In this document: piece by piece, positions 1 to 8,248 of the stretch
Position numbering within the stretch: position 1 is the stretch's first letter
How the letters are laid out: each line of letters begins with the position of its first letter
Source: an uncultured Gammaproteobacteria bacterium
GTDB taxonomy: Bacteria; Patescibacteriota; Microgenomatia; UBA8517
Direction: 5' to 3'
NCBI GenBank assembly: GCA_964422865.1
Contig: CAYRCU010000001.1
Span: 5,159 to 69,158, forward strand
Length of the DNA stretch: 64,000 nt
Notes under the pieces: generated by a model
Told to the model about the DNA's origin: nothing
Seen by the model: only the letters and a program-made list of their open reading frames with translations
Database searches by the model: none
Position numbers and translations under genes: made by a program

Positions 1-499
1 TGTTAATCACAGTAACTGTGCCGAACTTCACCTGATGTTCTCGAAGATATTGGATACCACGCATGACTAGATTATGTGTTCCTCTTCCGAGTACGTCCAC
101 GCGTACAATGTCATGAATCGGTTGAGGACCATCAATGCTTACCCCTACTCCAAATCCACTTTCACGTAGGAATATCGCCCACTCGTCATCCAGCAGTGTC
201 GCATTGGTTTGAATACTGTGAGATATATGCTGATCTGGACGACGCAGTTCTTCGCAAATCTCAAGGACCTGGCGATAGTAATCGACACCAGGGATTGTTG
301 GCTCCCCACCGTGCCATATGAACTTAACGTTAGGGGCAACTGATAAACATTCATCAATTGCCAAGCGAAGGGTGGATTCATCCATGACATGTACTTCTAG
401 TTGGCTACCGAAATAAAAACAGTACCCACACCGAAGATTACAGCCGGCTGAAACCACCTTCATTACTGGACTAAACATTGGATATAGCCAGCTATTCAT
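1..499 (-). CDS. Radical SAM protein, SPASM/anSME-like N-terminal part (5' complete, truncated at window edge)
   Basis: Manual translation of the reverse strand from ATG at 499-497 gives MNSWLYPMFSPVMKVVSAGCNLRCGYCFYF...IWHGGEPT... with no stops to position 1. It has the CxxxCxxC radical-SAM cluster motif and the GGEP motif typical of SPASM/twitch maturases. The ORF track does not list it because it is edge-truncated. Confidence 0.7.
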   Translation of the reverse strand, partial: MNSWLYPMFSPVMKVVSAGCNLRCGYCFYFGSQLEVHVMDESTLRLAIDECLSVAPNVKFIWHGGEPTIPGVDYYRQVLEICEELRRPDQHISHSIQTNATLLDDEWAIFLRESGFGVGVSIDGPQPIHDIVRVDVLGRGTHNLVMRGIQYLREHQVKFGTVTVIN

Positions 500-618
500 T
501 TTCCTGCTCCTTATTTAATAGTTAAAAGTGCTATCTGAAGTCTTAATTGTAACTATGGTGGATAAAACAGTCAAATTATAGGTTTTGCTCGCACAGTGGA
601 GCGATTATAGAAAAGCTA

Positions 619-639
619 ATAGACAATAATGTTGTCTAT
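619..639. promoter_or_regulatory. 8-bp-arm inverted repeat ATAGACAA-taatg-TTGTCTAT upstream of the radical SAM gene
   Basis: Perfect 8+8 inverted repeat read directly from the sequence. It lies about 120 bp upstream of the radical SAM start and about 80 bp downstream of the PT-rich gene stop. It could be an operator or a terminator stem. Confidence 0.3.
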
Positions 640-709
640 AGCTCTCGATTGCCAAAATTTCCGTTTGCCATCTTTGAGGAGTGGCGAGTGTGAATGTGCT
701 ACTGAAAAA

Positions 710-1150
710 TTAATCTTTGGCAAAGTGTTTGAAGTGCTTGCTTGCTCGGATTATGAGTGGAGAGAGTGCGCCGGCAATACAAATTAGGCCTGCAAAAATA
801 AGGACGAGGGGGAATACTCGGGGACTTTGCGGCTCCGGGGGCGGAGTGTTTTGTTCGTCCTTGGCTGCGAGTATCTTATTTGAGCTGATGTTTTTTTCTT
901 CTTTGGGTTTTTGAGTGGGAGTTGGGGTAGGGATTTTGGTTGGCTTGGAAGACGGTTTTTTTGTTTTAATTACCGGGGTTTGTGTGGGGATTGGAGTAGC
1001 TGTGGGAGTGGAAGTTGGAGTAGGGGTTGGTGTGGGAGTTGAGGTTGGTGTAGGCGTAGGGGTTGGTGTGGGAGGTGGAATATTTTGCTCTCCCGGTGAA
1101 GGTTTTAGTTTCTCTACTGAAAACTCGCCCCCCGTCCGGAATCCTTCCAA
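710..1150 (-). CDS. PT-repeat linker plus C-terminal TM anchor segment, probably the 3' part of the LTD gene in a shifted frame
   Basis: Contains (PT)n tracts (PTPTPTPTSTPTPTPT...) and a C-terminal hydrophobic helix. It overlaps the 3' end of ORF 966..1541 in another frame, which implies a frameshift inside the low-complexity repeat. Confidence 0.4.
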   Translation of the reverse strand: MEGFRTGGEFSVEKLKPSPGEQNIPPPTPTPTPTPTSTPTPTPTPTSTPTATPIPTQTPVIKTKKPSSKPTKIPTPTPTQKPKEEKNISSNKILAAKDEQNTPPPEPQSPRVFPLVLIFAGLICIAGALSPLIIRASKHFKHFAKD

Positions 1151-1541
1151 AACTTAAATTTTCTTCTGCGTTTTGATATGAATGTTGATCTAGTAAAGTG
1201 TCTTGAGTATCTAAAAGTTTTATTGTTTCGCTTGAGTTATTTAAAGAAAAAGTTGGATGACCATTTCTTGAAACAAGAAGAAAAGAATTAGGGTTTATAA
1301 TGGTGGAACTTGTGTGATCTAGATTGATAATAAGTTTATGATCTTTGTCATCGATCATTTTAAAACCTAAAACATCAATGGACTCGGAACCATTGTTGTA
1401 GAGTTCAACCCATTCATTTTGTTTTTCATCATCTGCATTACCCGGAGGGTTGGGATAGATTTCGTTTATAACTACCTGTGCGAGGGCGGGTTTGGCTGAA
1501 AGAAGAAAAAGAAGAAATATTAAGCCAGCCTTATTGGGCAT
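966..1541 (-). CDS. Secreted lamin-tail-domain (LTD) protein
   Basis: Signal peptide MPNKAGLIFLLFLLSAKPALA followed by VVINEIYPNPPGNADDEKQNEWVELYNNGSESIDVLGF, which matches the LTD fold motif. Its stop is 2 bp from the envC-like gene, so they are in the same operon. Confidence 0.6.
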   Translation of the reverse strand: MPNKAGLIFLLFLLSAKPALAQVVINEIYPNPPGNADDEKQNEWVELYNNGSESIDVLGFKMIDDKDHKLIINLDHTSSTIINPNSFLLVSRNGHPTFSLNNSSETIKLLDTQDTLLDQHSYQNAEENLSFGRIPDGGRVFSRETKTFTGRAKYSTSHTNPYAYTNLNSHTNPYSNFHSHSYSNPHTNPGN

Positions 1542-1543
1542 CC

Positions 1544-2740
1544 TCAGTAATTTATATGCAGATAGTAAGTTTCCAAGCCTCCTTCATCGTGCTTCACCCG
1601 AACGTATCTAAGCTGACAACTATTGTAACCCGAATAACTCCCTCTATAGAGAGTTCCTGATTTTACCGCTTTTACTGCGGGGTCGCTTTCGTTATTTATA
1701 TCTATGCCGTTGTGAAATTTATAGATTTTCCCTACCCAAGTGTTTTGGACTGCCCATGTGGAGCCGTAGCCTTGTGAGAATTTAACGACCTCGTTTATCG
1801 GCCAATTCCAAGACCCTGTGGGGTTAAAGGGATCTGCCGCTTGGCACTCCCCCGGCCCTGAGCAGTTTTGGTGAGCAATTTCCTTCAAATAGGTGAATGG
1901 ATTTTGGGTATTGCCGTTTTGGACTACCATGAAGTGAACGTGTGAACCACTAGAATTACAGGAAGCGCCTTGAATGATACTTGCTATACGGTCTCCTTCG
2001 TTTACATTCCCCACTTCCGTCTCATCACCGGCCCCCGCGATAATGGCCTGGATTGCTTCATATTCCGCTTTGGCTTGCGCAAGAAGTTCCTGATAGCGTT
2101 TTTCATCATTTTTTGTTACCGAAAGAAGATTGGCTTTTGCTATTTTTTGCGTGTCGAGTTTTTCCTTTTGGGCACCCAGGACTTTTTGCAAACCTTCGAG
2201 ATCTCCTTTTTGGTCTTTGTATGTTGTTTGTGCTTTTTGAAGTCTTGAAAGAAGAGAGTGATCTGCTTCCTGGATTTTTTGAAGGTAATAATATCGGGAA
2301 ACTGCGTTTTTTATATCCGGAGAGGAAAACAAGACGAGTGTAGCTTTACTTAGCCTTGACATCTTGTATGTTTCGACAGCTCTTTGTTCAAAGGCTTTTG
2401 TGAGACTTCCGAGAGAGAGCTCCAGCTGATCTATGCGCCCCCCTAATAGAAGGATTTGTTCTTGGGTGCTTTCAATCTTTGTTTCCGTGAGGGAAATTTG
2501 GGCATTGAATTGAGCTATTTGATTTGAAAGTGTGTTTGCCTTGCCTTTTAGTTCTGCGATTTTTTGCTGATAGTACTCTTGCTGTTTTTCGAGACACTCC
2601 TTTTTATCTATTTCGTTTTTTATGCCGCTGCATTCTACTATTTCAGCGAAAGCGGCTGCTTTAAAAAGAATTGCAAGAAAGAAAACCAATATCAATGAAG
2701 TGAAAATCTTTTTTGTTGATGGCAACATGTTTGTAAACAC
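1544..2740 (-). CDS. EnvC-like coiled-coil M23 peptidase (murein hydrolase activator family)
   Basis: N-terminal signal/TM and long coiled coil. C-terminal M23 motifs (GSHVHFMVVQNGNTQNP). Sits immediately downstream of ftsE-ftsX. Confidence 0.75.
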   Translation of the reverse strand: MFTNMLPSTKKIFTSLILVFFLAILFKAAAFAEIVECSGIKNEIDKKECLEKQQEYYQQKIAELKGKANTLSNQIAQFNAQISLTETKIESTQEQILLLGGRIDQLELSLGSLTKAFEQRAVETYKMSRLSKATLVLFSSPDIKNAVSRYYYLQKIQEADHSLLSRLQKAQTTYKDQKGDLEGLQKVLGAQKEKLDTQKIAKANLLSVTKNDEKRYQELLAQAKAEYEAIQAIIAGAGDETEVGNVNEGDRIASIIQGASCNSSGSHVHFMVVQNGNTQNPFTYLKEIAHQNCSGPGECQAADPFNPTGSWNWPINEVVKFSQGYGSTWAVQNTWVGKIYKFHNGIDINNESDPAVKAVKSGTLYRGSYSGYNSCQLRYVRVKHDEGGLETYYLHINY

Positions 2741-2761
2741 TATCTTACAACAAAAGGGGAA

Positions 2762-3679
2762 TTACTTTGTTACTTTTATAGAGCGAGAGACTGCGGTAAG
2801 GCTCCCCAGGAGAGCTATTAAAATTCCCACAATCAACTCCACTGCTAAAATTGCCCCTAAAAGGAGGAAGAATTGGACAGTATCTTTTGGCAGAACCGGT
2901 ATTTCACCAAAATAGGTAAATATTGAGGGGGTGGCATACATTACAAGAACGGAAGCCATGAGCCAGCCGAAAAATACACCTATAACAACATAGTTAATTG
3001 CCTCAAAGATAATTGGTGCGCGGATGAACCAAGTGCCCGCGCCGATAAGAAACAGGTTTTCAATTTCCTTTTTCTTGGTTGCCACTCTCATGCCTATTAC
3101 AACCATGAGAACCAACAGTGATGTAAGAATAAGAACCGAGACTGCAATTGCTCCCCCATAGCGGATGTAATTTGTGACACTTTTTAATCTTTGAACTACT
3201 TCGTCCAGGGAAGACTCTCCTCCGATGTTTGCCGTGAAGCTTACGCTTTCTACTATTTCTTCGTCTTTGATTTCGTTGATTACTTCTTCAACAAGCTTTA
3301 GGTCGCTGACGGAAAACTCCAGGCTCTCCGGGAAAATGGACGGGCTTACAAGCTCTCGGAGCAAGGGATTGTCTGATGTGGCTTCTTTGTAAAGATCCAG
3401 TGCTTCTTCTTTTGAAACGTGGGTTACGGACTCAATTCTTGAGTCTTCTTCCAGCTTTTTTTTGAGGGCTTCTACTTCTTCCGTTTTTGTATCGGGAGCA
3501 ATGAATGCTATTACCTGAGGGCGTGTTTCAAAATAGACAAGAAGCTGGTGCGAGGAATAAACAACTATGGCAAGAAGGGTTGTTACAAAAAAGGAAATTA
3601 ATAAAACGGAGATTGCGGCCAGGGCCTGGAAAGGGGCTCTGCGCATTGACTCAAAACTGGTTTTTAGGTGAGTTTTCAT
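2762..3679 (-). CDS. ftsX: Cell division permease FtsX
   Basis: 305 aa with four TM segments and a large extracytoplasmic loop. Overlaps ftsE by 4 bp. Confidence 0.85.
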   Translation of the reverse strand: MKTHLKTSFESMRRAPFQALAAISVLLISFFVTTLLAIVVYSSHQLLVYFETRPQVIAFIAPDTKTEEVEALKKKLEEDSRIESVTHVSKEEALDLYKEATSDNPLLRELVSPSIFPESLEFSVSDLKLVEEVINEIKDEEIVESVSFTANIGGESSLDEVVQRLKSVTNYIRYGGAIAVSVLILTSLLVLMVVIGMRVATKKKEIENLFLIGAGTWFIRAPIIFEAINYVVIGVFFGWLMASVLVMYATPSIFTYFGEIPVLPKDTVQFFLLLGAILAVELIVGILIALLGSLTAVSRSIKVTK

Positions 3680-4347
3680 TTTTTCTTTTTTACCGTGATT
3701 TTTGTCAACTTTCCTTTATCCAATTCTATTACTTTGGTTGCATGCTTTTCTATAAGAGATTTATCATGGGTGGCTACAATTATCGTGCGCCCTTCTTCGT
3801 TTATTTTTTTTAGAAGATTCATTATGGAGGAAGTGGTTATTTCATCAAGGTTTCCTGTGGGTTCATCTGCAAAGACAAGCTTGGGGTTAACCACCAATGC
3901 GCGGGCGAGAGCTGCTCTTTGAAGTTCTCCTCCCGAAAGCTGTGAGGGGAAGAGATCCGTGCGCTCGGAAAGGCCAACCAGGGACAGGACATCGTTTACT
4001 CTTTCAAGCCATTCTTTTTTGTGGACTTTTTTAATAGCCAAGGCAAGCTCAACGTTCTCGCGAATTGTGCGTTCCGGAAGAAGTTTGTAGTCTTGGAATA
4101 CCGCGCCGATATTTCTTCTGTGTGAGGGGATGTTTTTCTTTTTGAGAGAGTGGATTTTTTGTTTATTAAAAACTATTTCTCCGGCGGAAGGAGGAAAGCG
4201 GTGAATAATTAGATTTAGGAGAGTGGTTTTGCCGCTTCCGGAAGGGCCGATTATAAAAACAAATTCACCATCTTCTATGTTAAACGATATATCTTCCAGA
4301 GCTTTTATGGAACCGAAGTTTTTGCTTACTTTTTTAAATTCCAGCAT
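3676..4347 (-). CDS. ftsE: Cell division ABC ATPase FtsE
   Basis: Walker A GPSGSGKTT, ABC signature LSGGELQR, Walker B LVFADEPTGNLD. Confidence 0.9.
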   Translation of the reverse strand: MLEFKKVSKNFGSIKALEDISFNIEDGEFVFIIGPSGSGKTTLLNLIIHRFPPSAGEIVFNKQKIHSLKKKNIPSHRRNIGAVFQDYKLLPERTIRENVELALAIKKVHKKEWLERVNDVLSLVGLSERTDLFPSQLSGGELQRAALARALVVNPKLVFADEPTGNLDEITTSSIMNLLKKINEEGRTIIVATHDKSLIEKHATKVIELDKGKLTKITVKKKK

Positions 4348-4361
4348 AGGCAGTAGGGGTA

Positions 4362-4904
4362 TTACTCAATTACTTTAACTCTTCCGACATCCATTAACCA
4401 ACCGGCGTTTTGGGCGGCTAAAGTTTCCCCCCAAACCTGCACTTTTTTTCCGACAAAACTTTGAAGGTCAATCACACTTGATGTGAGGTAGACATATTTT
4501 TGCTCACCTAAATCGCGGTCCAAGTGGTGAGTTCCTTCCCCCTTGATACCACCTTCTACCAGCAAACCTTTGGCTGTGTCGCTGAAAACAGCTTCGTCTG
4601 CAACCATCCCGCTGCTCCCCTTTGCCTCTTTTTCACTAACAATTGGTGTGGGTCCCCCTGAAAAAGCATTTGGAGAACCTTTTTTTGAGAGAAACCAGCC
4701 TGAAACGGAGCCCGCGATAACAACGATTAACCCAATAAATAAAAGAATCAGTGATTTTCGTCTGGGAGTCTTTGTGGGTGAAAAAGATTTAAGAACCGAT
4801 TTTTGAGGAGTTTGTGGTTGAGAAATCGGTTGAGCCGGTTGAGCCGGTTGAGTTGGTTGAGCCGGGGTTTGAATAACTTTCTCCATTACATGACAATATA
4901 CCAT
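4362..4904 (-). CDS. Membrane-anchored hypothetical protein with PAQ/PTQ repeat N-terminus
   Basis: QPAQPAQP repeats, one TM helix. The true start may be the internal MEKVIQ. Confidence 0.5.
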   Translation of the reverse strand: MVYCHVMEKVIQTPAQPTQPAQPAQPISQPQTPQKSVLKSFSPTKTPRRKSLILLFIGLIVVIAGSVSGWFLSKKGSPNAFSGGPTPIVSEKEAKGSSGMVADEAVFSDTAKGLLVEGGIKGEGTHHLDRDLGEQKYVYLTSSVIDLQSFVGKKVQVWGETLAAQNAGWLMDVGRVKVIE

Positions 4905-4928
4905 TAAAGGGTATTTTGTAACAAGCAG

Positions 4929-5996
4929 TTAGAGCTTTAATTCTGCCTCGATAAATTTATCGAGATTTCCATTTAAAACACCTTCTGTGTCTGATGTTTC
5001 GACCTGGGTTCTTAAGTCTTTAACCATTTTGTAGGGATGCAAAACATACGAACGGATTTGAGTCCCCCAGGTGGCGGGGTGATATTCCCCTTTTATTCCT
5101 TTTGTTTCTTTTTCCTGTTCTTGGAGAAATTTGATCCAAAGCTTGGCACGAAGAAGATCCAGGGCATTTTTTCTGTTTTGTTCCTGGCGACGTTCGGTTT
5201 GTGCTGTTACTGTTAGACCTGTTGGTTTGTGTGTGAGGCGTACGGCAGTACTTACTTTGTTTACATTTTGACCTCCGCTTCCACTGCTTCTGAAAAACTG
5301 CCAATCCAGGTCTTCATCTCTTATTTTTATGTCCGGTGCGTCTATTTCCTCAAGTTCCGGCATGACTTCTACAAGGCAGAAGCTTGTTTGGCGCAGTTTG
5401 TCGGCATTAAAAGGAGACTGTCTTACCAGCCTGTGCGTACCGGATTCATTTTTCAAGTTTCCGAAAGCGTAGCTACCTTGAACTTTGAAAACTACGCTTT
5501 TTGTTCCAGCTTCTTCACCGGGAGTTTCATCCAGAACATCCACTTTCCAGCCGCGACGTTCGCAGTAACGCATGTACATTCGAAAAAGCATACTTGTCCA
5601 GTCCATAGCTTCGGTTCCTCCCTGCCCTGCGTGCAGAGACATTATTGCGTTTTTTGGATCATAGGGATCTGAGAGAAATGCTTTAAGCTCGAGGGCTTTT
5701 ATTGCTTTGTTCAGGGATTTTATCTCTTTTGAAAAATCCTCCTTGGAATTTTTTGAAAGCTCAAGAAGTGTATTAATTTCATCTTGGAGATTTTTAATTT
5801 CGTCAATTTCGTTTTTAAGATCACTTAATTCCTGCATAACTTTTCGTGCTTTGTTTTGATCGTTCCAGAGACCGGGGTCTTGGGACTTTGTTTCTAACTC
5901 CTTGAGACGAACCTTTTTGGAGGGCAGATCGAGCGCTGTGATTATTTTTTCCAGAACACTTTTTAAGTCGGAAATTGTAGTACTACTTGAGTTCAT
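4929..5996 (-). CDS. prfB: Peptide chain release factor 2, contiguous ORF with no +1 frameshift
   Basis: GGQ motif (SGSGGQNVNK) and SPF tripeptide (RQSPFNADK), which is RF2-specific. 355 aa in one frame. Confidence 0.85.
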   Translation of the reverse strand: MNSSSTTISDLKSVLEKIITALDLPSKKVRLKELETKSQDPGLWNDQNKARKVMQELSDLKNEIDEIKNLQDEINTLLELSKNSKEDFSKEIKSLNKAIKALELKAFLSDPYDPKNAIMSLHAGQGGTEAMDWTSMLFRMYMRYCERRGWKVDVLDETPGEEAGTKSVVFKVQGSYAFGNLKNESGTHRLVRQSPFNADKLRQTSFCLVEVMPELEEIDAPDIKIRDEDLDWQFFRSSGSGGQNVNKVSTAVRLTHKPTGLTVTAQTERRQEQNRKNALDLLRAKLWIKFLQEQEKETKGIKGEYHPATWGTQIRSYVLHPYKMVKDLRTQVETSDTEGVLNGNLDKFIEAELKL

Positions 5997-6101
5997 TTCA
6001 GTACAAAGTATAACATCTAATTAATAATAAACTACGCACAGCCTAGAGGCCGTGGTATTTTGTCGACAAGTATAGATTTTTGCCAGAGATATTCAATAAA
6101 A

Positions 6102-6608
6102 TTATTCTTCACAAACTTTTGTGACCAGGTGAAGTCTTTCCTGAAGAGTGAGGTTGTTTATGCTTTTTAAGATTTCGTCCACTGATTTTTTCTTTTGAGC
6201 CTTAATATTTATGTCCCTGGTGGATACGCCCAAGGTTTTTTTAAGTTTGTTTTGGCCTGCGTCAAGAACATTGGATATTGGTTTTGGAGCGGATTTCCAG
6301 CCCATAATCTCGGTAAAAACGGTTTTTCCGCTTATAACCAGGAGTGCTTCTATGATTAGGGCCAGAATAAAGCCAAAAAGGATGCCCGGGAGAATTCCCG
6401 AAATGCGCCAGTTTGCGTACCGTCTTCTTAATTGGCCCAGGGTGAGAATTAAGAGGAAAATCAATATGACAACGGCGATTGCTTGGAAAAGGGTGGGTGC
6501 GAAAATGAATCCTCCCGGCAGGTTAATCTGCATATTTGTTTCTGTTCCGACGATTTTGCTTTGAATGTTGTTGGGAAGAGTGGGAATGGAAAAGTTTTTT
6601 GTGTTCAC
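6102..6608 (-). CDS. Hypothetical membrane protein
   Basis: Two to three TM helices. No recognisable domain. Confidence 0.45.
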   Translation of the reverse strand: MNTKNFSIPTLPNNIQSKIVGTETNMQINLPGGFIFAPTLFQAIAVVILIFLLILTLGQLRRRYANWRISGILPGILFGFILALIIEALLVISGKTVFTEIMGWKSAPKPISNVLDAGQNKLKKTLGVSTRDINIKAQKKKSVDEILKSINNLTLQERLHLVTKVCEE

Positions 6609-6648
6609 TGCTTAGATTTTATCTTTGAAGAGGGATTGTTACAAGCTG

Positions 6649-6936
6649 TTACAAGGAGATGGCGGATGTGTCAAGCTCTTTTAATTCCGTTTCCGGGTCT
6701 TCGATAACAATTTCTTCAAGCTCTTTGTCTATAACTTCCGCGTCCAGCGAGTCGGAAACTTCTCCCTCTGAGACAACCGGAGTGGGAACTTGCACTTTGA
6801 TCTCCTTTGGACCGGAGGATTTATTATTTAGTATAAGTGAAGCTGCTAAAACAAGGATGATTAAAAGCGCTAAAATTATGATTATGATTAGTGAGAGTGA
6901 TCCTTTGTTATTCTTCATCTTTGAAACTATTTGCAT
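6649..6936 (-). CDS. Small single-TM acidic hypothetical protein
   Basis: N-terminal TM (LSLIIIIILALLIILVLAASLIL) and acidic C-terminal tail. Confidence 0.4.
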   Translation of the reverse strand: MQIVSKMKNNKGSLSLIIIIILALLIILVLAASLILNNKSSGPKEIKVQVPTPVVSEGEVSDSLDAEVIDKELEEIVIEDPETELKELDTSAISL

Positions 6937-7498
6937 TCCTATATTCTTTTGCCGCTTCTACGACTGCTTTGCGGGCCATGGTTATCTGTTCGCGCGTTGA
7001 CTTTAGATCAGCTCTGAGTTCGCCGATTGCAGTTCTTGCGGCTTTTCCCAGATTATCTTCGCTGCTAAAATTGATTACGTAAATTTTCAGGGATTGTGCT
7101 TCTACTGCACTCTCAGCTGTGGCGATTGCTTCTTTTGCAAGAATTACTGCCTCAGTTTCTCCGGACCTGCTTTCAATTTTTGCAAGAATTTTTGCAAGAC
7201 GCGCCAGTATCTTTCTCCACCTTTCGGTCCAATTGCTGTTTATTTTTTGTATGCGCTCGTCAATGTGCTCAATAATCTTTTGTTTTCTTTCGTCTTTTAA
7301 TGTTTTTACTTTTTCGCGAAATTCTTCCCTTTCTTGAAGCAATTGTTGGCGGATTTCTGCGGCATTTTCTTTGCGTTCAAGCCTGTTTTGTGTGCGGACT
7401 TCGCGGATTTCTTCTGCTCTTTGCCTCACCGGGACTTCCACCGTATCGCCCGCCGGCATCATCGAAGTTACAAATAATAAAGCAATTATACCTATCAT
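6908..7498 (-). CDS. Secreted coiled-coil hypothetical protein
   Basis: Signal peptide. Arg/Glu-rich heptad-like sequence. Confidence 0.45.
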   Translation of the reverse strand: MIGIIALLFVTSMMPAGDTVEVPVRQRAEEIREVRTQNRLERKENAAEIRQQLLQEREEFREKVKTLKDERKQKIIEHIDERIQKINSNWTERWRKILARLAKILAKIESRSGETEAVILAKEAIATAESAVEAQSLKIYVINFSSEDNLGKAARTAIGELRADLKSTREQITMARKAVVEAAKEYRNANSFKDEE

Positions 7499-7533
7499 TT
7501 TTCTTCACTTGACATTATATACTATTTTTTTTG

Positions 7534-8208
7534 CTATGTGGAAGGGGAGGTTTCTGGGGACGGAGACGGAGTTGGGGTTGGCTTCGGAGTGCCTGAAGGT
7601 GTGGGGGAAGCAGTGGGCTTAGGTGTTGACATACCTTCTCTGGGTCCTGTCAATATTCGTATGTGAATTCCACCCGAGAGACTTGATTTTTTAACTTTTA
7701 CGCTTTTGTAGGTTTTTTCCAGAAGGGATGATACTTCGTCGACTACATCTTCGTCAACATCTCTGTCAAATGTGACTGTTGTTGCAACTTCTTTTTGGGA
7801 ATCTGCGTTTGCGGCTTCGACATCTTCGTACCCTAAGTTTTCAAGCTTAGTCTTAAGAAGGCTTGCTTCCCCTGCGACGCCTGTGCCGTTTAGAACTTCT
7901 ATTTTAATTTCAGCCTTTTTAATGGTTGGCTTGGGAGTTGGGGTTGATTCCGGCTCCAAGTCGAAGCCGCCTAAAACCTCTGACGGGGTTGGGGAGGGGG
8001 AGGTTTCATCGCTACCGCCGCTAAAGCCCCTGATTACAAGGAAGCCTCCTACTAAAATAATTGCTCCTGCACCAATGAGAGCAATTGCCCACTTTATGAA
8101 ACTACCTTTTTCTTTTTTGGAAGTTTGAGGGAAACCCACATCTTGGGGGTTTTGCGGAGCCGGAGCGGGTTGCGGTTGTGTTTGAGCTTGTGGGATTTGA
8201 TTTTCCAT
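7534..8208 (-). CDS. Membrane-anchored LytR_C-domain protein with PT/PS-rich tails
   Basis: IKIEVLNGTGVAGEASLLKTKLENLGYEDVEAANADSQKEVATTVTF matches the LytR C-terminal domain. One TM helix. Confidence 0.55.
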   Translation of the reverse strand: MENQIPQAQTQPQPAPAPQNPQDVGFPQTSKKEKGSFIKWAIALIGAGAIILVGGFLVIRGFSGGSDETSPSPTPSEVLGGFDLEPESTPTPKPTIKKAEIKIEVLNGTGVAGEASLLKTKLENLGYEDVEAANADSQKEVATTVTFDRDVDEDVVDEVSSLLEKTYKSVKVKKSSLSGGIHIRILTGPREGMSTPKPTASPTPSGTPKPTPTPSPSPETSPST

Positions 8209-8248
8209 CTGTGCCGTATGAAACCATATTATAGACTGAAAGTCAAGG

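Noticed and set aside
145-390. 81-aa minus-strand ORF from the track at the window start
   Set aside because: Out of frame with the continuous radical-SAM reading frame (1..499), which has the conserved motifs. The track ORF is a shifted-frame artefact.
717-1157. Plus-strand ORFs (717..914, 915..1157) with Gly/Val repeats
   Set aside because: Antisense translation of the (PT)n repeat coding region on the minus strand.
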